Source: a virus
Taxonomy: Duplodnaviria > Caudoviricetes
Length of the DNA: 64,000 nt
Direction: 5' to 3' (one strand)
IMG/VR virus record: IMGVR_UViG_3300021085_002857
Location: 1 to 64,000 of that record
Positions 47,320 to 56,616 of the stretch are shown piece after piece (position 1 is the stretch's first letter; each line of letters opens with the position of its first letter). A program made the position numbers and the translations under genes. Below the pieces are notes generated by a model, which was not told the DNA's origin, did no database searches, and saw only the letters and a program-made list of their open reading frames with translations.

Positions 47320-48428
47320 TTCTTTTTAAAGACGTATACGCCTTCCCATTTTTCTCGACCTTCTAGTTTGTCGTTGCCAACACCTGGTCGTGTGTTTAGC
47401 ATCATCTTAATCGTTTTTGTATGCTCGAAGCCCACCTTGCCAGCCGTCGAAATCCAGTCTTCCACAACATTGAATTCCTTGTTTCCATAGCTTTTATAGT
47501 CAGCAATGTTCGTAGCAAATATTCCTTCATCATTTAGTCCTTTGTGTATGTTCTTCATTGTTGGAGCAACATACCCTTCAAACCATTCGTCTAATGTAGT
47601 ATAGTTAACCATGCATTGTGTAGGTTCATCACTATACTTTTCTAAGTTAAAATAAGGAGGACTACTAAATGCAAGATCAATATCTTCGCTTTGATAATTT
47701 TCACTTACGTCTTTTATAATTTCACTATCACTGTTTAAAAAAGTGTTCAAATAATTTAGATAATTAAATGTTTCGGTATTGGGGTCGGTGCCCACATAGG
47801 TGTATCCCATGTTACTACTACTTATACCTAATAATCTACCACCATATCCACAACTGTAGTCATAAACTCTTCCCCACATAACAGGACACAAATGCTCTAC
47901 AATAGCACGAGCGTTCTGTGCTTTAAAGTTTGTTACATTCTCACCAGTAACTAGTTCTAATGCTCTACGCATCGCTGTAGGATATACTAACTTGTTACCT
48001 TCTCTGAACTCAAAACAAATACGAATAGCACGTTTAAGTTTTTTCTCATCATTGAATCTGTCTCTTAATGAGTTGGATCCTCTTCCTTTGGGCTCGGCAG
48101 TCTGCATATTAGTAAAAATAAATCTATTAAGGGTTTGTCCTGCGTTATTACCCAATCCGAGCCTTCCATTCTGCACACCATTATAGGACTTAGTTCTAAA
48201 GGATTTAATTTTTTGACTTATTCCTTGCTCAGTGAAATATGTAATAGGAACAAGATTTCGATTACGATATAACTCAAAAACCCTGTCAATAGTGTCACTA
48301 GGATTAGCATCATACACCTCTTTAGTAAATGTGTCAAATTGGGGATAAAGGTCTTCATACCCTGTAAATTCATCACTGAAAATATGTTCATCTTTTATTC
48401 CCCAAAAATCGTATATACTATCTATCAT
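47316..48428 (-). CDS. amino-methyltransferase (N4-C/N6-A DNA methyltransferase-like)
   Basis: DYSCGYGGR motif I, SPPY motif IV. Confidence 0.8.
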   Translation of the reverse strand: MIDSIYDFWGIKDEHIFSDEFTGYEDLYPQFDTFTKEVYDANPSDTIDRVFELYRNRNLVPITYFTEQGISQKIKSFRTKSYNGVQNGRLGLGNNAGQTLNRFIFTNMQTAEPKGRGSNSLRDRFNDEKKLKRAIRICFEFREGNKLVYPTAMRRALELVTGENVTNFKAQNARAIVEHLCPVMWGRVYDYSCGYGGRLLGISSSNMGYTYVGTDPNTETFNYLNYLNTFLNSDSEIIKDVSENYQSEDIDLAFSSPPYFNLEKYSDEPTQCMVNYTTLDEWFEGYVAPTMKNIHKGLNDEGIFATNIADYKSYGNKEFNVVEDWISTAGKVGFEHTKTIKMMLNTRPGVGNDKLEGREKWEGVYVFKKK

Positions 48429-49090
48429 ATATTGCTTCCGCTAAACTTACAAATAGGTGTCATGTCTTCACTATACATAATTAGATTATAAGATTTATCT
48501 TGTCCAATAAATATCTTCTCACCTGGATTAATATTTCCAAAATAATAGATATCACTTAATCTTTTAAAGAAATTGTGTTTATCCATATATCGATATGCAA
48601 ACGTAATATAATTAGCACAATATAAAATGCCTGCGCTATTAAAGTCTACCAAGTAACTTGTCTCATATTGTTGTAAAGAATCTGCTGTTGTAATACCTAA
48701 CTTTTCTGTTCTGTGTTTATCCCAAAAGTTGTCACGGCGCACACCAGTTTTATCTACACGTAATACTTTATGATCTTGTACATGTATACCAACTGTATAC
48801 ATCTTAATTGTATTATTATTAAATTTATGTGTGCTACAATAGATATAATCATCTAATTGTTTGCCAGTTGTTTCCATCGTAAACTTATCATCTTCACAAA
48901 ATTGTTCTGTGATATTGATATCAGTATACAAGAAACTATTATATACTCGCTTGCCATTTGTATATAGTTGGCTAGGATTGTCAACTTGTACTCTCCAGTG
49001 TGCATCACCAGTTAATTTAACAAAATGGTTTAAGTTTAGTTCGCCATTAGCAAGAAGATGTGGCATACCTATAACAACATCAGTTTTCAT
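48425..49090 (-). CDS. double hot-dog protein, LnmK/Pnap_2097-like
   Basis: GMPHL...GDxHW at N-terminus and DFNSAGILYxANY in the second domain. Confidence 0.55.
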   Translation of the reverse strand: MKTDVVIGMPHLLANGELNLNHFVKLTGDAHWRVQVDNPSQLYTNGKRVYNSFLYTDINITEQFCEDDKFTMETTGKQLDDYIYCSTHKFNNNTIKMYTVGIHVQDHKVLRVDKTGVRRDNFWDKHRTEKLGITTADSLQQYETSYLVDFNSAGILYCANYITFAYRYMDKHNFFKRLSDIYYFGNINPGEKIFIGQDKSYNLIMYSEDMTPICKFSGSNI

Positions 49091-49177
49091 TATAAACCTG
49101 CTTTACGTATTTTGTCTTGGTCAATAGGTGCTTTCATTGCCTTTTCAAGTTGAGTTTTTTGTTTGGTATTAAGTTTA

Positions 49178-50071
49178 TCAAGTCCCCCAGGCATTTCCGA
49201 ATAAGCTGATGTGGAGTCTGGGGGTAAATCTCCATCCTCTTTCCATGCATGCTTCTGCGACTTCTTTGACGTTAAGGTTGTATTCTTCTGATCGTCCTCC
49301 CAACGGCATGAGGTATACAGGGCATCTAATTCCCGCTCGCTCATACGCACTGACAGCTCTGCCGACTTCTTCAAAATCGTCTTCACTAGCCACAACAAAC
49401 TTAAAATAAATGTCGCTACCGTCAACAAGGCTATACTCACGAGCAACGTCAGGTTTAATAGCAGTTTCCCAAGGTTCTCCGCTGACAGATAGCTTTGGGG
49501 AACAACTCCAAGTGACTTCAAATCTATCTTGATCTGTGAGATATGTGTAGAAATCGTTGTGTAAAGGTTGTGTAGTGTTTGTTTCAAATGTAACATTTTT
49601 TAGATCTTTCATACGTGGGTGCTCAAATAGTTCTACGTACAATCGTTGCCACGCCAACAAAGGTTCGCCGCCAGTAAGTATTAAGTGTACGTCCTGGCCG
49701 TTATTCATTGTCCATTTACCTTCTGGTGTAAGCGACAATAGATGCTCAACAACTTCATCAATAGTTGCTTCGCGATTAAAATGTTTAAATTCAGGATAGA
49801 TACTTGCATAGGTATCACAGCCCGTATGGACAATTGGTAATTCTTCAAATGTTTTTGTATCTTCATGTACTCCTGCATCAATAAGCTCTTTTACTTCTGC
49901 ATTATAACGTTGGCCTTCTTTATGCTGTTGCCAACGATCTTTTGTTTCATTTGTACCAAAATTCATACAACGAAAGTTACAACCAAATGTACGTAAAAAC
50001 ACACTAGGTACTCCTACAAACTTGCCTTCGCCTTGCACTGAATAAAATGCTTCACTATATCTTAGTTTCAT
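49178..50071 (-). CDS. queE: 7-carboxy-7-deazaguanine synthase (radical SAM)
   Basis: ExFxSVQGEGxxxGxPSVFLR, GCNFRC...GCDT, TGGEP, FETN, SPK, RLH. Confidence 0.92.
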   Translation of the reverse strand: MKLRYSEAFYSVQGEGKFVGVPSVFLRTFGCNFRCMNFGTNETKDRWQQHKEGQRYNAEVKELIDAGVHEDTKTFEELPIVHTGCDTYASIYPEFKHFNREATIDEVVEHLLSLTPEGKWTMNNGQDVHLILTGGEPLLAWQRLYVELFEHPRMKDLKNVTFETNTTQPLHNDFYTYLTDQDRFEVTWSCSPKLSVSGEPWETAIKPDVAREYSLVDGSDIYFKFVVASEDDFEEVGRAVSAYERAGIRCPVYLMPLGGRSEEYNLNVKEVAEACMERGWRFTPRLHISLFGNAWGT

Positions 50072-50100
50072 TAGTAACTAAACTCCTGTTAATTTTAACC

Positions 50101-50129
50101 ATTATATTATAAAAATAGTTAAAAGTCAA
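50101..50129 (-). promoter_or_regulatory. sigma70-type promoter for queE
   Basis: TTGACT-N17-TATAAT, AGGAG RBS. Confidence 0.75.
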
Positions 50130-50142
50130 ACAAATAACTTGT

Positions 50143-50511
50143 TTATGTATTATCAATCAATTTGCTCCACTTTTTTAATTTTTCTTCTTTAGCACTACTA
50201 CGTGCATAGATGTGCTTCCAATCTAGGACACCGTGTTCTGTCATTAGATTAATCATACAGTAAACATCACCAACTTCTTCTAATAGTTTCTCACGTTGTT
50301 GTTCTGTAATTTCATCCACTGTATTAAATTTACGGACAATCTTTGAACAACGCTGTGTAAGCTCTCCACATTCTTCTGCTGTAATAATCATTAATTGTTG
50401 TAATGTATTAAGCGGATCCTGTTTATGTGCTTCAGAGTTAACCAAGTCTACTGGATATTCTTCTTTTAGTCTACGGGCCATGTAATCATAGTATCCTTCT
50501 CTTGACATCAA
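50143..50511 (-). CDS. MazG-like all-alpha NTP pyrophosphatase
   Basis: EECGEL ... EEVGDV. Confidence 0.75.
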   Translation of the reverse strand: MMSREGYYDYMARRLKEEYPVDLVNSEAHKQDPLNTLQQLMIITAEECGELTQRCSKIVRKFNTVDEITEQQREKLLEEVGDVYCMINLMTEHGVLDWKHIYARSSAKEEKLKKWSKLIDNT

Positions 50512-50983
50512 TTGCTTCTCCTAGTTGTATTTTATACCATTTATCTTCATGTACTTTTTTCATAGCTAATTCTCCATCTACACAACCCAATGTTATATGT
50601 TCTGAAATTGTAATATTGGTAGATGTGACGATTCCTTCTTCAAAATTTCCTCGCATAATATGAGGTGTCTCTTTACTCCCAGGTATATCCATACCTAATC
50701 CTATTCTAAATTCAGGACCTTGTTTTGTTCTTATGGCTTGCCACCTGACTAATACAGTAGGATCAGGATCTAACTTAGTATATTGATAGCTTTGTGTTAA
50801 ACTTAAACCTATTTCATATTGTGGTATTTCACTGGTATCATCTATTAAATTTTGCCAAATAACATCTTCGCAGTTTTGTTCTCCTATATTAGGAAATGTA
50901 TAATTTAATGATAGTGGATAGGTATCATTTAAATGACTGCTAACAATCACTGGCTTATTTATTTTTAGATCCGGTTTTCTCAT
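50486..50983 (-). CDS. hypothetical protein
   Basis: 165-aa ORF. Confidence 0.65.
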   Translation of the reverse strand: MRKPDLKINKPVIVSSHLNDTYPLSLNYTFPNIGEQNCEDVIWQNLIDDTSEIPQYEIGLSLTQSYQYTKLDPDPTVLVRWQAIRTKQGPEFRIGLGMDIPGSKETPHIMRGNFEEGIVTSTNITISEHITLGCVDGELAMKKVHEDKWYKIQLGEAIDVKRRIL

Positions 50984-50984
50984 T

Positions 50985-51161
50985 TTAATGTATCGTTTTG
51001 TTTTCGCTACCTAGGATATCATCGTCATAAACTAGTTTGATCATCATGCGTATTTCTACTGGTACTTTTCCTAAGTCAAGTTCTCCTTCGGGCATAAGTA
51101 CACCTTTTAAACTACCGTCAGGACTTACTACAACAGCCCAATCTTCGTCACCTAATTTCAT
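50985..51161 (-). CDS. small hypothetical protein (58 aa, MKLGDEDWAVVVSPDG...)
   Basis: Hand-translated; TAATG coupling to tdk, fills the gap. Confidence 0.6.
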   Translation of the reverse strand: MKLGDEDWAVVVSPDGSLKGVLMPEGELDLGKVPVEIRMMIKLVYDDDILGSENKTIH

Positions 51162-51733
51162 TATTTACTTTCCCAATGTTTAGCGCATCGCGGTTCATAG
51201 GTTTCTGTGCCTCCTACTGCAATGCGTCCACCTGCTTTTTTAAGTCTTTGCGTTTTAGATGCAGTTTGGCCACATATGGCACAAAATGCAGTAATTTTAT
51301 GAATATCATCTGCTAATGCAAGCATACGTGCCGTTGTATCAAAGGGTACTCCTCTACTATCCTGGTCTAGGCCAGCACATACAAAATTAACACCTGTTCT
51401 CAATCCCTCTTCTACAAACCATAATGTTTCTTTAGGATCAAAAAATTGCACTTCATCAATAAAAATTGTATGAAAATTATATGGTTTAATTGTATAATTA
51501 TCTTTAACTAATTCCAAATCAATAACAGGCACTGCACTATGCTTTAATTGATTGTGTGTTACGATCATATTATCATCATACCTGTCATCTATGACTGGTT
51601 TTAAAACTAATACTTTCTTACCACTGTGTTCTATAAAAAGTAATCTTTTTAAAAGTTCGCTGCTTTTACCTGCAAACATGGGGCCGGCTATAACTTCTAG
51701 CCGCCCCCTTGTATATTGATAGTTGGTTGACAT
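51161..51733 (-). CDS. tdk: thymidine kinase
   Basis: GPMFAGKS, IDEVQF, AGLD, CxxC, YEPRC. Confidence 0.95.
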   Translation of the reverse strand: MSTNYQYTRGRLEVIAGPMFAGKSSELLKRLLFIEHSGKKVLVLKPVIDDRYDDNMIVTHNQLKHSAVPVIDLELVKDNYTIKPYNFHTIFIDEVQFFDPKETLWFVEEGLRTGVNFVCAGLDQDSRGVPFDTTARMLALADDIHKITAFCAICGQTASKTQRLKKAGGRIAVGGTETYEPRCAKHWESK

Positions 51734-54468
51734 TAAAATGTAACTTTCAAGTTAAATCCAGCTTCTGCTGTATCATTATTTGTACCAGCATAATTAGTGC
51801 GTACTTCCAAGAAAGTATCGAAGCTGATATTATCATTTAAGGAAGTATTATAAAACACACCAAAGTCTACTTCTTGACTAGTTGTTGCTAGTGAGCTATT
51901 GTATGTTGCCATTTCAATATCTCCTGTAGAACTTACACTACTTGGCATTGCAAACTGTGCATTACCTTGTGCAATTGTAACTGGTATACTTGTAACAAAT
52001 CCAACTGTTGACTTGCCTATAGTTTGTTTAATACCTGCGGTTGCACTATAGCTCATTAGCGTATCTGCTTGTTTAAGGAAACTGTTAGAATCTACATCTA
52101 AACTAGTTGCACCAATCTGTGCGCCACCAAATAGGTTTCCATTATCAAAGTTATAACCAGCATATGCAGTTGTTGCACCATTTACCCGCATAATATCACT
52201 ATCTGCAATATTACCTAAAAAAGTATCTGATTCATTAGTAATTCCAAAGCTGATACCATCAAACTGTTGAACTAATGCAAAATCATTACTATCATCACTT
52301 AGTGTAATTGCGCCATTACCAATTGGGACAATTTGTCCACTTGCATAGCCCAAGTAATAATCTGACGAATATCCTGCCTGAGCATTACGAGTTGCACTAG
52401 TAGTACGTGTGTCTACTGCAAAGTCATTATTAGCATTCATATAAAAGTCACGATCGTAATCATCTACAACCATTACATTGTTTAATGCACTAATGCTACC
52501 ACCGCTAACTGCAATTGTACCATTTACGGCAACTTTACTACCATTTACACGACCAGTTGTTGGAATTCCAACAACACCCTGTGGGCTTGTAGCTTCTGCA
52601 AGGTCAAGTAAACCCTGTCCGTGTAAATTTACATTGTAGTTGGCTATATCCTTATTACCAGTATCAAGTAGCAATTTACTTACATTTGCACCTGTCATAT
52701 GTGGCCACATCTGATGTACTACTGCTACAGCACCACTAACCATTGGAGCCGCCATTGACGTACCACTGTTTGTACGATATTCTCCATTATTATCGGCACT
52801 CATTACAAACTGTCCTGGAGCAAGTAGAAAGCGATCGCTTACACGTTTTTGGTTATTACATGAATTGGTAGTACTATTATAATCTAAGCAAAGGGTACCT
52901 GCTGTATTACTTGAACTTGCTAGTCCATCTTTTCTTGCATCGTAGTTTCCTACTACAATTACACGATCTCCTACATCAGGGTCAATTGCAATTAAACTTG
53001 GTAGTCCTGCAATATTAAGACGCTGATTACCTGCTGACATTACTAATACAGTTTCGTGACCCTTCATGGCCTCTACTATATTTCCATACAACGCATCATC
53101 GCCATAAACGTTACTATATCCTAGTTTATCATACGTCCGTCCGTTTCTACCACGTGTATCATCTGATACCCAAATACCTGGGTTAACCTCTGTAAGTGAT
53201 AGTTTATATGTACGATCTACATTATAGTTGGCACTCATGTTAACTACGTCAGCACCATTTTGTACTGACCATGCAATTGCTTCGTCTACAGTACTAAAGT
53301 CAAAAAATCCACCATCATATGCTGTTTTAGCAATAAGCAAATCTGCATCATATGCTACACCAGTATTACCATTACCATCTAGATTACCTGCCGCAATTCC
53401 TGCAACATGTGTACCATGTGAGTAACGGTTTTTATCTTGTACAGTTTCATTACCTACTGAACATGCTCTAGTAAAGCATTTTGTGCCTTTAATTTTGCCT
53501 TCAAACTCATTATGATCCATATCAATACCAGTATCAAGGATAGCAATTGTACTACCTTTACCAGTCCATCCACGAGCCCATGCATCTGGTGCATTAATTA
53601 TACCTAAGCTATTAGCATACTTACTGAGTCCACTTTCACGTGTAATATAATCTACATTAGTATTAGAGTTTACATTATGTACAGCATCAGTATATGCATC
53701 AGATCCACTAAGTAATACATCATCACGTGAATTATATTCATTCACAGATAATACATTTGTAGTAGCAATGCCATTTTCTGTAGTAACAACCTCTACTGGC
53801 TCTTCTACAATAACTTCTTCTTCAACAACTACAATAACTTCTTCCACTGGCTCTTCTATCAGAATTGCAGTTTCTGTAATTAGTTGTTTATCTACAGTAG
53901 TTTTTACATCATTAGTAACAGTTTTACTAACTACTTTTGTTTGGTTATCTGTAGCACGAGTGCCATCACTATAAAATTTAGTTGTTACAGTTGTTTCAGC
54001 AACATGTTTATGTTTTGGGGTTGTTGTTGTAACTGTTGTAATTGCATACTCACGTATAAATTTACCGTCATTTTCAGTTTCATTTACAGTAGTAGATGAT
54101 GTTGTAACTTTTCCGTCAAATTCACGCACAAAAGTATCTACTCTTACTTTAGTATCAACAATTGTAACTACTTGGCTGGCATTATCAATAAGATCTTGAT
54201 ACTTTTTAATCTCTGCCAATTGGAATTCATATACACCTACAAAGCGTTGGAACCACGAATAGTGTCCAAAGCGTGTACCAAAACGATCAATTAAATTTTT
54301 ATATGATTTGTTAGAATTTGTATAGTTACGAATCATGGCTTGGCTATAATTTAGCTGGTGGCTAGTATTAAGGCCTAGTGCATATTCATAGTAACTTTTG
54401 GGTGCTGCATTTGCAGTACCAGCCATTAGCGTGGTAGCAACTACAATTGATATAAGAAGTTTTTTCAT
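51733..54468 (-). CDS. secreted S8 subtilase with C-terminal beta-barrel-like region
   Basis: Signal peptide; ILDTG, HGTHVAG, SAGN, GTSMAAP; amphipathic strands ending in Phe. Confidence 0.88.
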   Translation of the reverse strand: MKKLLISIVVATTLMAGTANAAPKSYYEYALGLNTSHQLNYSQAMIRNYTNSNKSYKNLIDRFGTRFGHYSWFQRFVGVYEFQLAEIKKYQDLIDNASQVVTIVDTKVRVDTFVREFDGKVTTSSTTVNETENDGKFIREYAITTVTTTTPKHKHVAETTVTTKFYSDGTRATDNQTKVVSKTVTNDVKTTVDKQLITETAILIEEPVEEVIVVVEEEVIVEEPVEVVTTENGIATTNVLSVNEYNSRDDVLLSGSDAYTDAVHNVNSNTNVDYITRESGLSKYANSLGIINAPDAWARGWTGKGSTIAILDTGIDMDHNEFEGKIKGTKCFTRACSVGNETVQDKNRYSHGTHVAGIAAGNLDGNGNTGVAYDADLLIAKTAYDGGFFDFSTVDEAIAWSVQNGADVVNMSANYNVDRTYKLSLTEVNPGIWVSDDTRGRNGRTYDKLGYSNVYGDDALYGNIVEAMKGHETVLVMSAGNQRLNIAGLPSLIAIDPDVGDRVIVVGNYDARKDGLASSSNTAGTLCLDYNSTTNSCNNQKRVSDRFLLAPGQFVMSADNNGEYRTNSGTSMAAPMVSGAVAVVHQMWPHMTGANVSKLLLDTGNKDIANYNVNLHGQGLLDLAEATSPQGVVGIPTTGRVNGSKVAVNGTIAVSGGSISALNNVMVVDDYDRDFYMNANNDFAVDTRTTSATRNAQAGYSSDYYLGYASGQIVPIGNGAITLSDDSNDFALVQQFDGISFGITNESDTFLGNIADSDIMRVNGATTAYAGYNFDNGNLFGGAQIGATSLDVDSNSFLKQADTLMSYSATAGIKQTIGKSTVGFVTSIPVTIAQGNAQFAMPSSVSSTGDIEMATYNSSLATTSQEVDFGVFYNTSLNDNISFDTFLEVRTNYAGTNNDTAEAGFNLKVTF

Positions 54469-54484
54469 GTCTTTCCTCTATGAT

Positions 54485-54527
54485 TAACTTACCCTATTAC
54501 TATAACACCAATATGCTTTGGTGTCAA
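54485..54527 (-). promoter_or_regulatory. early promoter with GTAAGTTA box
   Basis: TTGACA 54527-54522, N17, TATAGT 54504-54499, GTAAGTTA 54492-54485. Confidence 0.8.
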
Positions 54528-55108
54528 GTGTTTTTTATAAATTTATATTGTCTATTATCCTCATTGGGGTGTCTCTGGCTATGATCTTGTGTTTTACGCA
54601 TTTTGCCTTCGTACAACACCCTGTCTATAACTTCAATACCTTCAACTAACTTAGTATGTAATTTTAGTTTTTTAGGATTAAATTCTTCTGTATCTAGAGT
54701 TATATCTACAAATGTACCTTTTTTATCAAAGCGTGTTCTCAAAAAATAACCAGAGCCAAGTTCATCATCATTTATCTCTCTTGCGTATACTGGCTCTATA
54801 GTATCCGTAGACCAAACTAAATTATCTTGTTCATCAAAAACTTTGCAATGAAAGTAATCTATAAATGCATTACACACACTACAAGTATCATTATGATGTC
54901 TCCACATTCCAATATCTTTAGGATCATCACTATCTAAATTTTCTACATAATTCTCGTCTTTTATACCGTTCTTGTCAAATGCAGGAAACAACCTGGAGTC
55001 CAATTCATTAGGATCTCCCACAGTTGTCCAATATTCATAGAAGTGTTCGGGTATGGTGCCTATATTAATTTGGCAACCATATCCCGCAATAATAAGTTTA
55101 TATTTCAT
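54524..55108 (-). CDS. hypothetical protein, paralog of 55117-55686
   Basis: GYG, YEYW, DDP..G.W, KGxF, EFxPxKLK, VIDxVxY shared. Confidence 0.7.
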   Translation of the reverse strand: MKYKLIIAGYGCQINIGTIPEHFYEYWTTVGDPNELDSRLFPAFDKNGIKDENYVENLDSDDPKDIGMWRHHNDTCSVCNAFIDYFHCKVFDEQDNLVWSTDTIEPVYAREINDDELGSGYFLRTRFDKKGTFVDITLDTEEFNPKKLKLHTKLVEGIEVIDRVLYEGKMRKTQDHSQRHPNEDNRQYKFIKNT

Positions 55109-55116
55109 AAGTGTAT

Positions 55117-55686
55117 TTACAAGTTTTCGTAAAATTCCCAACCAGTGGCTTTGCTGTTAGTATCGCCACCGATGTTATCTAAATCTTCTCCATCGTATGT
55201 AACACTATCAATAACTACATCACAATCAATATTAGTAGCACCAAATTTTAATTTGGCAGGATCAAACTCATCTAAATCAATATCACAACAGAAGAAGTTT
55301 CCTTTTTCTGTACTCCATCCTTTAAAATAATAACCCTCTGGTTGATCATCTGGGTCTGAAATCTGTGTTGATTCTACTTCTGGATCATCGTTTTGATAAA
55401 CAGTCTCACCATCTTCGTTTGTTACTACAACCCAACATTGGTCGTAAAATGCTCCATGAGTGTGATCAATGTCATCAATCTCATGCCAGTTTCCAAGGAA
55501 ACGTGGATCTTCATCGTCAGTAATTTCATTACCATCTGATTCTTCATATGGATCCCAAAACAAGTGACTATGCAATCCCTCGTCATCTTCTCCTTTTACT
55601 CCCCAATACTCATATGCTTCCTTAGATACAGAACCGAGAACCATCTCGCCACCATATCCATTTATTTCAATCGTAAATGTTGCCAT
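55117..55686 (-). CDS. acidic hypothetical protein
   Basis: 189 aa, GGAG RBS. Confidence 0.75.
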   Translation of the reverse strand: MATFTIEINGYGGEMVLGSVSKEAYEYWGVKGEDDEGLHSHLFWDPYEESDGNEITDDEDPRFLGNWHEIDDIDHTHGAFYDQCWVVVTNEDGETVYQNDDPEVESTQISDPDDQPEGYYFKGWSTEKGNFFCCDIDLDEFDPAKLKFGATNIDCDVVIDSVTYDGEDLDNIGGDTNSKATGWEFYENL

Positions 55687-56069
55687 TATTTTTCTCCAAG
55701 TCTATTTAGAAATCTTTGCTTTTCAATACGCTCTTGTACATTCCATTGCAAATTAAAATCGCTTTGTTCTACCATCTCTTGAATCATATCAGTTAAAACT
55801 TGTATTTGTAACTTTTGTTCATGAATGATTTCAGTTATATTAATACTTCCATCTGGTGTCTCCTGGATAATATCTCCTGAAACTGTTAAGTCAGAAGGTT
55901 CATCTCCAGTAATGGTTATGTTATTCCAATCTATATTATATCCACTATCATCAGTATCAATATAGTCCACAACAGAAATAACATTAGGAGCGTCAGTATC
56001 AACGTACATTGTATCCATACCAGGTGTAGTTACATCTATTGTATATTTTTCATTATTAGAAGTTTCCAT
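55686..56069 (-). CDS. hypothetical protein
   Basis: Start reassigned to METSNN; C-terminal coiled coil. Confidence 0.6.
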   Translation of the reverse strand: METSNNEKYTIDVTTPGMDTMYVDTDAPNVISVVDYIDTDDSGYNIDWNNITITGDEPSDLTVSGDIIQETPDGSINITEIIHEQKLQIQVLTDMIQEMVEQSDFNLQWNVQERIEKQRFLNRLGEK

Positions 56070-56607
56070 AATCACGCTCGCCTTCCCAAGGATACACAAT
56101 CCAAACTGGATCTTCCTCTTTATTAATTTCTAGAGCAGTATAATCTACTTCTCCAAAATTGCTTGCACCATTATCAATTAGACATGCAAATCTAACGTTA
56201 TTGTGCCAAACATTATCCCAACCTTTATGATTGGGTAAACATCCAGCAGACCAATCATTTCTAATCCAGTTTAGTGTTTTGCCACTGTCATTTATATCAT
56301 CAATGATTAAGATATTTTTCTTATGATTATCATGTGTTAGACCGTCACCTTTATATCCAAGTGCATCCTCTGCCATCCAACAATTACTTTCAGGACCGCT
56401 GTAATTTTCATCTGTATCTCTAAATCTTACATCTAGTGTATGGCATAAGATACCTGTCATGTTTGACATGATAACAGCTGGCACAAGCCCCCCACGTGTT
56501 AAACCCACAATGTAATCTGGGCGCCAATTGTCTGTATACATAAGATTATTAATACTCATAACCATATGCTCGACGTCTTTCCATGTATAATGAATTTTTT
56601 TAACCAT
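56056..56607 (-). CDS. type I phosphoribosyltransferase (Gpt-like purine PRT)
   Basis: VGLTRGGLVPA, ILIIDDINDSGKT (PRPP loop), WIVYPWE. Confidence 0.88.
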   Translation of the reverse strand: MVKKIHYTWKDVEHMVMSINNLMYTDNWRPDYIVGLTRGGLVPAVIMSNMTGILCHTLDVRFRDTDENYSGPESNCWMAEDALGYKGDGLTHDNHKKNILIIDDINDSGKTLNWIRNDWSAGCLPNHKGWDNVWHNNVRFACLIDNGASNFGEVDYTALEINKEEDPVWIVYPWEGERDYGNF

Positions 56608-56616
56608 TTTTTTCTC

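Noticed and set aside
49090-49596. 168-aa ORF overlapping queE in another frame
   Set aside because: Mostly a shadow of queE; at most the last 34 codons (from ATG 49194) could be a small real gene, without further support.
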